In this document: positions 1-11,482 of the stretch, one piece after another
Position numbering within the stretch: the stretch's first letter is position 1
Layout of the letters: each line of letters begins with the position of its first letter
Assembly (NCBI RefSeq): GCF_006345805.1
Contig: NC_042998.1
Coordinates: 59,892,001 to 59,956,000, forward strand
Source of the DNA: Octopus sinensis
Taxonomy: Eukaryota
DNA length: 64,000 bases
Direction: 5' to 3'
Program-made: the position numbers and the translations under genes
Notes under the pieces: model-generated
Seen by the model: only the letters and a program-made list of their open reading frames with translations
Told to the model about the DNA's origin: nothing
Database searches by the model: none

Positions 1-1029
1 CTTTCCTTTCAAAATCAATTTCATGGCTGGGAAGAGGTGAAAATCAGAGGGTGCAAGAGGAGAAGTTCATAGCTGCACGCCTGTCCTTCTGATCTGGCGA
101 CACGCGAGTTGTGGACCGGAGCGTTGTCCTGCAGGAGGAGGATGCCTTTGCTGATCTTACCCCGCCTCTTGATTTTGATAACTTCTCTTAATTTCCTCAA
201 AAGTGAAGCATAATAGGCTCCTGTAATTGTGGTACCCTTTGCCAGGAAATCTGTCATCACTACTCCGTCCTGGTCCCAGAAGACTGTGAGCATAACCTTG
301 TCACGAGGGCTGCACCCTTGCCTTCTTTGGAGGAGGTGAGTCACGGTGCTTTCACTGCATTGACTGGGCTTTGGTCTATGGATCATAGTGATGGACCCAG
401 GTTTTATCCTGTGTGATCAGTCTTTTGAAAAATTTTGACTCATCTTCTTGGCACATCTCCAAATTCATCCTCGAGCACTCAACGCGTTCTTGCTTCTGGA
501 AAGGTGTGAGCAACCTGGAAATCCATCTGGCAGACACCTTTTGCATATGCAAATGGTCATGAATGATAGTTTCCACAGACCCGGTACTAATCTTGACCTT
601 ATGGGCTATTTGGCGAATAGTTATGCGTCGATCTTCCAAAATGGCAGCCTCAACTTGACGGACAGACGTCTCATCAACGGCAGAAGGGGGTGACCAGATC
701 TGGGAGCTGTTTCCACAGAGTTCCGACTATGTTTGAATTCACAATGCCAGCGTTTTACAAGGTCATAGGATGGGGCATCATCACCATAAGTTACTTTCAT
801 TTCATCAAAAGTCTCCCGTGGGGTGCGTCCTTTCAAATACAAAAACCAGATCACTGCTCGACACTCAACAGGCTCCATTTCACACTTGACTCAGTTCAAA
901 CACCTGTAAATCAGAAACCACAATTAGTTCAGAGCTGTAATTTGCCACTTAATCTATAGAGGTATAAATAAGTGCACATGCAAAATTTCAGCAAGTGGGT
1001 CAGGGGCATTACTTATTGAACGCCCCTCG
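1..1029 (-). mobile_element. mariner (irritans-like) DNA transposon remnant, running off the window edge
   Basis: Three frameshifted ORFs (621-878, 376-639, 21-386) give HTH 'RAVIWFLYLKG..FDEMKVTYGDDAPSYDLVKRW', 'WISRLL' (WVPRLL-like), 'TQDKTWVHHYDP', 'VMLTVFWD', 'QDNAPVH' and '..PSDFHLFP'. The TIR (reverse complement CGAGGGGCGTTCAATAAGTAATGCCC) lies at ~1004-1029, followed by TA at 1030-1031. Confidence 0.92.
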
Positions 1030-1439
1030 TAAAAACAGTTTACAGGGAAATATCTTGGACAATTATTAAACGAAGTGTTCAATAACAATATTAGGATTTC
1101 ATTAAAAATCATATTTGTTTGGAAGTATCTATATATATACTCAGAAGAGTATTAGTTTTAAAAAAGTCATATTTGGTAGTATATATATACACAGAAGGAG
1201 ATATATTTAGGAGTTTACACGGAATTTCAGATTAACTTACCTGTTTTAGCATTTTTAATTTTGTGTGAATCTAAAGGTTGTTTACTATATTAAGGGACAA
1301 GGTAGGAGGTTTGTTGGCGTAGGGGGAAGGAAGAGCAATGTGGAATCGAAAGAAAGTTTTTGTTTCTCTTTCATAGTTGGTCTTTCATGGCTAGTCTTTC
1401 ATGGTTCAGTGGTTTGGGGATTGGTCTTAGAGGTCAGAA

Positions 1440-2550
1440 TGGTGTGAGTGTGTGTGTCTGTGTCTGTGTGTGTGTATATATACATGTGTTTGTGTTTGTG
1501 AGCGTGGGCCGTTTTTGATTGGTCCCAGAGTTTTATTTGTGGTGTATGTAAATGTGTCGGTGTGTGTTTTATATTTGGTAGGATGATGTGTGTATATGTG
1601 TGCACGTTTGTGTGTGTGTGTATGTGTGTGACTAATATTTGTTAGGATGTGTGTGCGCATGTGTATGCATGTGTTTGTTCGCGTGTGTTTATGTGTGCGT
1701 CTGTGGGTGCGTGTGTATGTTTGTGTGTTTTTGTGTTGGTGGGGATGTTGTGTGTGTACGTGAGTGTGTGTCACTGTCTGAGTATGTTTGTGTTGTTATG
1801 ATTGTCTTGGTGTTGTGTGTATATATATATATATATATGTGTGTGATTGGTATTTTTCATGGTGTTGTGTGTGCGTATGTGTGTGTCTATGTGTTCGTTC
1901 TCGTGTGTGTATGTGTGCGGCTGTGTGTGCGCGCGTGTATGTTTGTGTGTTTTTGTGTTGGTGGGGATGTTATATATGTGTACGTGAGTGTTTGTGTTGT
2001 GTCTGTCTGAGTATGTGTTTTAATTGTCCTTGTGGTGTGTGTGTGTATGTGAGCAACCGCATGCGTGGGTGAGGGTGCATATGTGTGTGGGTATGTGTGG
2101 ATGTGTATATGTGTGTGTGTTGTATTTATCAGGTGTTCTGTGTGTCCATGTGTGTTGCGTTTATCTGGGTGGTGTGTATGTGTGTGCATATGCGTTTTGT
2201 GCGTGTTGGTATTGAGTATGCGTTTCTGTGTGTATATATGTTTGTGTGTGAATACGGTTTATGTAGTTTCTGGGTGGGGGGACATACGTGTGTGCTGCAT
2301 TTGTGATTTGTTTTGCTTGTATTGTTAGTGCAGTGTGTGTGTATACGTTTGGGTGTGTTTGTGTGAGTGTGTCTGTGTCTTGTATTTGTATGGGAGGTGT
2401 GTGTCATTGTGTGTGTGCATGCTTGTGTGTATGTATGTTTGTGAGTGTTTGTTGTGGTGCTTGGATTGCGAGTATATGTGTTTTTTTCTTTTGAGTGTCT
2501 GTGTGATTTTATTACTGGGTATATATGTATATATATACATATACATATGT
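1440..2550. repeat. TG-rich cryptic microsatellite/minisatellite array
   Basis: Degenerate (TG)n with recurring blocks such as 'gtatgtttgtgtgtttttgtgttggtggggatgtt' (~1716 and ~1937). Confidence 0.85.
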
Positions 2551-2899
2551 TGTTACCAGGGGTTTCATGCAAAATATTGCAAATTGAATAATTTCGAACG
2601 TTTTTAATGAAACTTGAAACCATTGGTCTCTATTTATAGAACTCAACTACTAAATGAAATTATTCCATTTTACCAATGCCCTGTTTTTCACTTAATATTC
2701 ATTTTTTTACCTATGGAACTGTGTGCGTATGTATATAAGTACATGAAGGTGTGTGTCTGCATACGTATTTAAATATACACTGGAAAAGTCTACACAAAAA
2801 ATGATAAGTTCGACTTTCGAGGCGATCGAAGAAAGTTTCTGATTACTTTCATGTTCTTCGTTTATATATTTATCTTTTATTCTCTTTATTTCATTATTT

Positions 2900-3170
2900 G
2901 ATTATATATATATATATTTATTTATATACACACACACACATACGTACATATATATCGCTACACACATACATATACGCACAAATATATATGTGTATATATA
3001 TACACACATATATATACATATATATATACATAAAGTATGTATGTATATATATATATATATATAAATACATACTTATACGTACACACACATATATGCGTGT
3101 GTGTCTGTATGCGTGTCTGTGCGCGCTTGCGTATATATATATATATGTGTGTGTGTGTTGTGTGTGTGTG
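2900..3170. repeat. compound (TA)n/(CA)n/(TG)n microsatellite
   Basis: Directly visible. Confidence 0.95.
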
Positions 3171-3185
3171 TATCCTTCTTCAAAG

Positions 3186-3570
3186 GTTCCGATTTGAATT
3201 CCCAGTGCACAAGCACGTGTTACTATATGTACTTGAACTTTTGACCCGTTGTCTTCTCTTTTTAAATGAAGATTCGAGTTGGTGGAAGTACACATATCGT
3301 TAGACCTAAGTTTCGCTAGTGCAATTTGAGTACTACGCCAGTAAGACAATGAAATAACACTATTTTCCATTCTTGAGGGCATACGGAAGATGCACCATAG
3401 GCGAGCGTTTATGCAATTCTCTGATTGTCGGTCGAGGTGCGTCTTCATTGAAATACAGTTGGTATCTGGAAGAAAGAATCTCGGTTCAGTCCCACTGTTT
3501 ATGGTGTGAGCAGGAGGTTTTGCCTTTTAAGAGAAAGGAAGTTAAGAAAAGTTCGAGTATACTCGACAGT
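3186..3570 (+). pseudogene. degraded Ty3/Gypsy-like RNase H remnant, with a second copy at ~4540-4820
   Basis: Joining frames across both copies gives 'LFLNEDSS' (ETDAS-like), 'YYASKTM' (YYASKTL-like) and 'ILEGIRKMHH-RREFMLFSDCRS' (AI.EA.RKW.HYL.GR.F.L.TD-like). Stops and frameshifts are present. Confidence 0.4.
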
Positions 3571-5112
3571 GAGTTGGCAGTCACTATGTATGTATGTATG
3601 TATGTATGTATGTATGTATGTATGTATGTATGTATGTATGTATGCATGCATGTTATGTCAGGTCACTTTCCAGCGCTTCTGGTAACATGTAACCCAGTAC
3701 AACTTGTTGCATAGTCGGGTCGTCGGCGACTAAACCAGAAATCCCACCAAGCTTGCTTGGTGAGGAGGATGTTTATTGGACACCCTGCGGGATGAAAAAC
3801 AAAACCCGTCAAAGGGCGGAGGAACTCTTGAGTGTCAACGGCCATCTAGTAAATGTCTTAAGGCTGTATCATGCGCGGGAACATAGAAATAATCGGACTG
3901 AATACCCGATCGCGCCGTTAAACCATTGGGAGTGAAGGACTCTTAGCCTTTGTTAGGGCATCCTTCAAGGAGAAGGTAACTCAGGTAACTGGCATAACTC
4001 CGATATAAAACCTGCGGCTCAGTGGTTGCCGACGATGTTGACTTGTTCTTCTTTTCGGATTATGGCTGCTGTTGCTTAGTGAGTGGGATTGACTCAGTGC
4101 ACAGCCTTTCCTGACTTTAAAAAAATCTTCTTGCACAGGCATTGCACGATAGCAACATTGTTCATGATTGTTGATAGTGCTGTGAGTCTCAACCGAACAG
4201 CTGGCTGTGGCCTTAAAAAGCAAATAAGAGTCACATTCGATCTCAGCACCAATAGCAGTTAAGCTTCGTGCAATGGCCATACTCGATAACGAGGGGGCAG
4301 CCATCATGTATGCATGTATGTATGTATGTATGTTTGTCTGTCTGTTTGGCTGTCCCAATGCATGAATGTCTATATGTAAGTGTACATCTATGCCATGGTG
4401 AAGGTAGGTAAATGGCAACATTTGAATTTACACCTGTGAATACAGTGAAAAAAAATAGAAGTAAATTATTCAAAACAATGTAATTTGTTCCTCTCCTAAT
4501 ATTCTTGAAAATTGATAAATTTGTTTACTGCGACCTCTAGGTTTCGCAAGTGCAATTTGAGTACTACGCCAGTAAGACAATGAAATAACACTATTTTCGT
4601 TGTTTCTCCATTCTTGAGAGCATACGGAAGATGCACCATAGGCGAGAGTTTATGCTATTCTCTGATTGTCGGTCGAGGTGCGTCTTCATTGATGTACCGT
4701 TGGTATCTGGAAGAAATAATCTCGGTGCTATCCCACTGTTGTATGTTTATGGTGTGAGCAGGAGGTTTTGCCTTTTAAGAGAAAGGAAGTTAAGAAAATT
4801 TTGAGTATACTCGACAGTGAGTTGGCAGTCACTAATGTATGTATGTATGTATGTATGTATGTATGTATGTATGTATGTATGTATGTATGTATGTATGTAT
4901 GTATGTATGTATGTATGTATGTCTGGCTGTCCAAATGCATGTATGTCTATATGTAAGTGTACATCTATGCCATGGTGAAAGTAGGTGAATGGAAATATTT
5001 GAATTTACACCTGTGAATATAGTTTAAAAGAATAGAGATAAATTATTCAAAACAATGTAATTTGTTCACCTCCTAATATTCTTGAAAATGGATAAATTTG
5101 TTTACTGCGACC
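3303..5112. repeat. tandem duplication (unit 1 ~3303-4535, unit 2 ~4536-5112)
   Basis: Both units run 'tttcgc(t/a)agtgcaatttgagtactacgccag...gacagtgagttggcag (TATG)n ...ttgtttactgcgacc', with GACC microhomology at the junction. Confidence 0.93.
3652..4305 (+). mobile_element. ~650 bp non-coding retroposon-like insertion, possibly RTE-derived
   Basis: Present in duplicate unit 1 and absent from unit 2, and flanked by (TATG)n on both sides. 'gggcatccttcaaggagaaggtaactc...aaaacctgc' resembles RTE 5' UTRs (inference). Confidence 0.6.
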
Positions 5113-5252
5113 GAATTCCCTGTGGGTTATTAAATTTATGCATCTGTGCTGCTGTTGGTAAGCGACTTTGTATTTCTGAGCTTGGTTGTGCGTGTGTTTG
5201 TGTGAATGCGTAACTATATATATACACACACACACACACACATAAATATATG

Positions 5253-5317
<65 letters not shown>

Positions 5318-5447
5318 ATATATATATATATATATTTATATGCATACAAATACATATACATATCTATATACACCCATATATATGTATATATATATATATA
5401 TACAGATACACACACATACACAAACACACATACATACACACACACAC

Positions 5448-5490
<43 letters not shown>

Positions 5491-6695
5491 TATATAATAT
5501 TTATGAAGACCATAAAACATTAGGATGAATGAGACGTGAATATTTTCATTTAACCATTAGTAAATCTTAAGAATGTAATCGTTTAATAACCTACTACATG
5601 TAATAACAATTTCAGCGCATAATAAATTATGTTTACATGTCTTCACTGATATGCAAGCTACGTATTATACAGTACAATTGTATATTCACAAATCAATGCA
5701 AATATAGAAATCTAGCCCTTCACATCTCCAGAACATCAACGTTAGACCAAAGCTCCATCGCCAAATAGACATACGGAATTTTCTGTTTATATATACAATT
5801 TAGGGAAGAACAGGGCGAGTTAAAATTAGCTTGGTATGATCAGTAAAATAGAAAGATATTTTCTTTCATGTTAATTAAGGTACTGGATTTAAGTTCAGGG
5901 AATTGGCCATCTATAATGCTAACAAAAAACAGGAAGGGATAAGAAGAGGAAGTAAAGTAGTTGTAGAAAATATTAAAATACGTAGTTTTAAAAACGTATG
6001 AAAATATTATAGAAATAAAACTTCAATAGAGAACAGACAGCTGAGGATATAAAGATTAACCCAAGAGATAGTATTGAACTATTGTAATTTTTAAATAGGG
6101 TTAACAGTTCAAAAGACCATACATAAAATCTTTTGGACCTTAAATTTAAACACATTTTCGGACCACACCTCAAAATACGTTCTATTTTTTGTAAACTAGA
6201 TCAATTGAAATGAATAATTTCCTACCTTAGTTAACCATAATTTGCTCTCATCTTAGTAATGGTTAATGTATTTTACCATATTTAGGCATTCATCTACTAA
6301 TAAAAATATGTTGACCCTTACATACACACATACATACATCCATCTTTGACATGCATACATTCATTCTTACATATATACATACACACATCTGTACGTTCTA
6401 TATGTACATAAATTACAACTTACACTACTACGTCTCAAGTAGCTAATAAGATAATATTATCAACATTCATGAACCTCCTGTTGGAAGAATTTGTTGAAGT
6501 GTGAGTAAAAAATACTGATTTTATCTAGTCTTCATTATAAGACGAACGAAAAATATTTTTTCGATAATCGGATTCTAGAGCCCAGGTCGTGATAAGTACT
6601 GAGCGTGGACTTACTTTTTTAAGAAATTGCAGCATTAATTACAATAACAAGAGAGTTTTTTTTTTTAACTGCCTTTGTATAGTTATGATTTTCTA

Positions 6696-7100
6696 TCAAA
6701 CATTTTCCGCAGTAACCCTTGGAATATACCAGTGTGGAAAGTCATTATACACGAAGCCAATACAGTCTCGCAGTCCACTAATCCACATAATGAAGAATGA
6801 AACAGTTATCACCATATTGGTGTTGATAATTGTCTGTTCCATAAAATCGGTGCAAGAAAGATAACACTTATAAACCATTATAGAATTAAATACTTTATAG
6901 TTTTTACGGTAATAGTTTTCTATCATACTAGGATTGGATACCCACAAATATTCTCTTGTAATAAATACATCATACTTCTTTAACTGGTTATCTTTAGGAG
7001 GCCACAATCTAAAGGCATCACTTTTGAATTTGAAAGGATTAATTTTAAATCTCGTTGACGCTGTGAAGGTGATAGGTACCAATATCAGTCGTGTACCTTC
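6696..7100 (-). pseudogene. Penelope-like RT (thumb region) remnant
   Basis: 'KDNQLKKYDVFITRE' resembles E.NNQLPFLDVLITR, 'YYRK' resembles VYRK, and 'VYNDFPHWYIPRV' resembles L.NGYP..FI.R, in the order expected for Penelope RT. Confidence 0.45.
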
Positions 7101-7204
7101 GGAGCTCTGGAGATATTACTAACTTACGAACATTTTTTTAAAAATTAAAACAAATAAGATGACTGGAAGACTGCAAACATGAGCAAGTTAAAACATTTTC
7201 ATAT

Positions 7205-7405
7205 TGCAAAACACGAAGGCAGCGTTGGACAAAATGCTCCACGGCATTTCGTCCGTCTTTACGTTCTGAATTCAAATGCTGCCGCGGTCGAATTTCCCTT
7301 TCATCATTTTGGAGGCGATAAAATATGTACATCTGTACATGGATGTAACCGACTTTCTCTCTCCCCCGAAATTGCTGGCCTTGCACCAAATTTTGAAGCC
7401 AATAT
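7205..7405 (+). mobile_element. old tRNA-derived SINE (family A)
   Basis: 'aaaatgctccacggcatttcgtccgtctttacgttctgaattcaaatgctgccgcggtcga' matches the younger copies at 47265-47462 and 51486 onward. Confidence 0.75.
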
Positions 7406-8139
7406 TACAAAACACACATTACAGATGCTACTGCTGAGATGGTTGCTGCTACTGCCACTGCTGCAGATGATGATGATAATGATGATGGTGGTGGTGGTAC
7501 TTGGCAAATGGGTTTAAAACATTCTATTGTCTATTGATTTAACTAAGTTAAATCCTAAGAATGCGTACGCATTACCTTTCGTACATTCCCCTATTTTTTC
7601 TATATATTACCTAGCTTTTGACTGATATACTTATTTTGCCACATCAATATCTATAAAGATGAAATGGGAAAAGTTTGTTTATCTCATTTTAGCATTGGAA
7701 CGGGTTAAGGAGCATTAGATGGGGTCGGATTGGCTCCAAAATTTTCAGGGACATGTAAAAAGATGCGAGGAGTTGAGTGAACTAGGTTAGAAACCTCTAT
7801 CGCAAAAGCTATGGTTAAAACCCTCTATCGCAAACCCAGACTTTGACAAGTATTTGTCGTTTCTCTTTTCGGATATCAACCTCTCTTCCTCGATCACCCT
7901 CTTTCTTTCCGTTCCTACTTTCTCTCTTTATCGACGTTTGACAGCTTCGTCTCTCTGTCACTCTTTCTTCCACTACTGTAAGTCTCTCACTGTAAGTCTC
8001 TACGTATCTATAGGGAGAAAGTGTTGACAGCCGCAAAAGTTTAAATATTCCCGCCACAGGTCGTTTAGAACGGAGACGTATTATCGCCCACCACCATTGC
8101 ACAATCATAACATATATTATTAATCAGATATATTGTGTT

Positions 8140-8411
<272 letters not shown>

Positions 8412-8619
8412 GGAAGGGGAAGGGAGCGAAAGAGAGAGAAATAGAGAAAAATAGAGGGCGAAAGAGAGATAGAAAGAGAGAGAGAGAGAAAAACAGATAG
8501 ACGAATATTTGGTTTTACAAACGAGAGAAAAACAAATTAATTTTTCCATTAAACAAGGTAATCGGAAATGCTGATGTTGCTACTTCTTTTACTACTACAA
8601 CTAATAATAATAATAGTAT

Positions 8620-9175
8620 TAGAGTCAGTGAGAGCCAGCATCCGATGCAGTACCAGGCAGTGGCTCTCATGGCTTCTGATCTTAACTGATTGGAAGCATT
8701 ATCATGTTCATGTTTTGTCTAGGTATAAAAGATGGGCTACAGTAAATATTCTGCTCAGTATCACAGATTTGTTTGTCAGTTGCTTGACATTAAGCAGTCG
8801 AGCATGTCTCTAAATGGCTGACGATATGTGCATCTCTGATCACGAGCAGACGTAGCCATGTGTTGAAAGGAATTTTGGGGAGGGCTTGAATAATTCACCT
8901 CTGGAAACATGGGGATTTCGTTCAACACCTTTAAACAAACCTTATTCAGGGACCTTTCAGAGCGGGATAGGCTACTTGACCAGAAGAAAATTCTAACTGG
9001 ACCCCACCTGCAAGGTTATATGCTGTTTATCTTGATATGAGATCACTATGTCATGCACATACAGTTGTGATACATTTTCCTGGTGTACCCTTATCAGACG
9101 GGTGGTCATGGTGGGTATATTGGGCTTCGTATATTTTATTCCAGTGTCACTTTGATGGCATGCACTGCTCTCCCA
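8620..9175. repeat. probable interspersed repeat, unclassified
   Basis: A sharply bounded, more GC-rich non-coding block between (AAT)n stubs. There is no second copy in the window, so family status is inferred. Confidence 0.35.
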
Positions 9176-9199
9176 CCCACAAATAGTAATAATAATAAT

Positions 9200-9400
9200 C
9201 CTTTCTCTATAGGCACATGGCCTGAAATTTTGGATAAGTTATAGTTAAATATATCGAGCCGAGTACAGGGCTGGTACTTATTTTATGGACCCCTACGATG
9301 AAAACCAAAGTCGAACTCGGTGGAATTTGAACTCATAATGTAAATGACCTGAAGAAATGCCGCTAAGCATTTTCCCTGGCACGCAAACGATTCTGTTACC
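9200..9400 (-). mobile_element. tRNA-derived SINE (family A)
   Basis: 'aaagtcgaactcggtggaatttgaactc...atgccgctaagcattt...gcaaacgattctg' is the reverse complement of the family A head and body. Confidence 0.8.
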
Positions 9401-9644
9401 TAAATTAGAGTTACCTAAATTTCCAGGTTTTTGCATTTTTAAAGTTTCTGTCTCTTTCACTCTCTCTATCTCTCTTGCTTTCTCACTCTCTGTCTCTCTC
9501 TCTCTCTCTTGCTCTCACTCTTGCTCTCTCGCTCTCTTACTTCCTCTCTGTCCCCCTCTCTCTCTCTCGCTTTGCTACTTCTTTGAAGTTTGACACACAC
9601 CAGAGGTACGTACAAGAACAAAAATTAATATTTTTGATAACAAT

Positions 9645-9832
9645 GAGGAAAAGAAGAAGAAGAAAGAAGAAGAAGAGAAGAAGAGAAGAAGAAGAAGAAG
9701 AAGAAGAAGAAGAGAAGAAGAGAAGAAGAAGAAGAAGAAGAAGAAGAAAGAAGAAGAAGAAAAGAAGAAGAAGAAGAGAAGAAGAAGAAGAAGAAGAAGA
9801 AGAAGAAGAAGAAGAAGAAGAAGAAGAAGAAA
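9645..9832 (+). repeat. (GAA)n purine tract
   Basis: Directly visible. Confidence 0.97.
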
Positions 9833-10329
9833 TTATTTAATATCAGAATAGATATAAGAATGAAAGCAGTGATAAATAAAAGAAAAATTGTAATATAGAC
9901 AGATTCCTAACTAAGAAATTATTGAGATGACTTAACCTTTTGAATATTATTTTCATTTTAAAACAGAGTAGCAGAGGAAAAAAAATTAAAATAGAAGAGA
10001 AAAAAATTAACTGGAAGATAATTTAAAAAAAAAGATATGTAAAGAAAATATATTACTTAACGAAAATGAAGTGAAAGAAGAGACAAGGAAGAAATGAGAA
10101 ATTACGGGGGTTGGGGAGATATTTCAGATTGAATAGATTCCTGTATTACTCTTCGTCGTTTTGACGAGTTCTTCTGACGAGGATACTGAAAACTTGCATA
10201 CGTTCTTATGAACTAAACATGTTACCTGCTACAGAGGATGCAAGAAATATTTGTGTAACATATGTGGTAATTTCATTAAACAACTTTAATCCAGCAAAAA
10301 ACGAAATACATTTATATGCGCAGGCATAT

Positions 10330-10505
10330 GAATTTTTAGTCGAATGAATTGACCCCAGTGATTGTGTTTTAAGCCGAGTACTTATTCTATCAGTCATGCC
10401 TATCCGCTAAGCTACGGAGACATAGACACACCGGTTGTCAAGTGGTGACGGGAGAACAAATACACAAACACACACACACACACACATCCATATATATATA
10501 TATAT
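10330..10505 (-). mobile_element. 3' half of a tRNA/CORE-like SINE (family B), partner of 15660-15740
   Basis: 'gaccccag...gtacttattctatc...ccgctaagctacgg...ggttgtcaag' followed by (CA)n(TA)n, matching the intact copy at 47850-48325. Confidence 0.75.
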
Positions 10506-10806
10506 ACAATAACACTACAAAATTAGAGAATGGAGAAATATACTTAATCAGTAAAACATCAACTTCGATGATACTCATCCATACTTTAATACACCATTAC
10601 ATATGAGTAAAGGCAATACATAAAATGAAAGAGATATACAGTAATAGTAAAAAGATAAAGAGTATATATATATATACTTGATACTTTGATACTTTGATAG
10701 GTTCGGCCATTATTGCCCAGGCCATGTAACTTAATAGCACCACCTGGTGAAGTCTTTCAAGTCAGAATTTGGGGTACTATGGCCCACTCAAGTAGAGAGT
10801 TATTGT

Positions 10807-11480
10807 TTACAGAGACATATCCGAGTGTAGGGGTTTATCCGGGATTTCTTGAAGGAATCTGTCCAAAGACTTCTTGAACCCTATAGGGTCAGTTTCTGTT
10901 TTAATGTTTTTTGGTGTAATGTTAAAGAGAGCGGGGCCAATTGAGGTGAAATAATTGTGCCGTATTGTTGTTATGAGATGAGAGCGCGATTTTTGTTTTG
11001 GGCGGATGGCACGGGGCCCAAGCCTTGGATGTACCCTAAAGGTGATGCCAAAATCATTTGGGCAATGCTGATGGAATATTTTCCACATCATGCAGATGAT
11101 GTAGCGCTCACGACGACGTTGGAGAGAATAGAGTTTTAGCTTTTCTAGTCGACCCCAATAGTCGAGGCCTGTCAGCCATCTATCTTTTTGTGATTGCCCT
11201 TGAGGTGCTTCAACTTTTATGATACCTTGTATTGTGTGGGGAGACCACAGTGGACAACAGTATTCAAGGTGGGGTCGGGCAAAAGTGGAGAAGAGAAGGA
11301 TAAAGGTGTGGATATCTCTCGACTGGAAAGTTCTGAGAATCCAGGAACACATTCTGCGGGCCATGTCAACTTTGGTGTTTATATGAGTGGGCCAGCTTAT
11401 GTTGTGTCCACAATTACTCCCAAGTCTCTGATGTTGTTGGACGCCGCGAGAGTTTCACCTGAAGGAAGGGAGTATGGGAG
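10807..11480 (-). pseudogene. LINE ORF2 C-terminal region, frameshifted
   Basis: 'WILRTF..RD', 'RPHLEYCCPLWSP', 'DYWGRLEKLKLYSLQRRRERY' and 'FKKSLDRFL..IPD'. Confidence 0.9.
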
Positions 11481-11482
11481 TT

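Noticed and set aside
4535-4830. Apparent duplicated exon (ctctag acceptor, GTGAGT donor)
   Set aside because: The acceptor is created by the duplication junction, all frames have stops, and the content resembles Gypsy RNase H.
6696-7082. 128-aa ORF as a host terminal exon (TIR-like 'YDVFI')
   Set aside because: The motif order fits a decayed Penelope RT better, and no TIR-domain spacing follows.
10160-10215. CTGACGA...GAAA hammerhead-like core
   Set aside because: Stem II is only 2 bp and stem I cannot pair next to the core.
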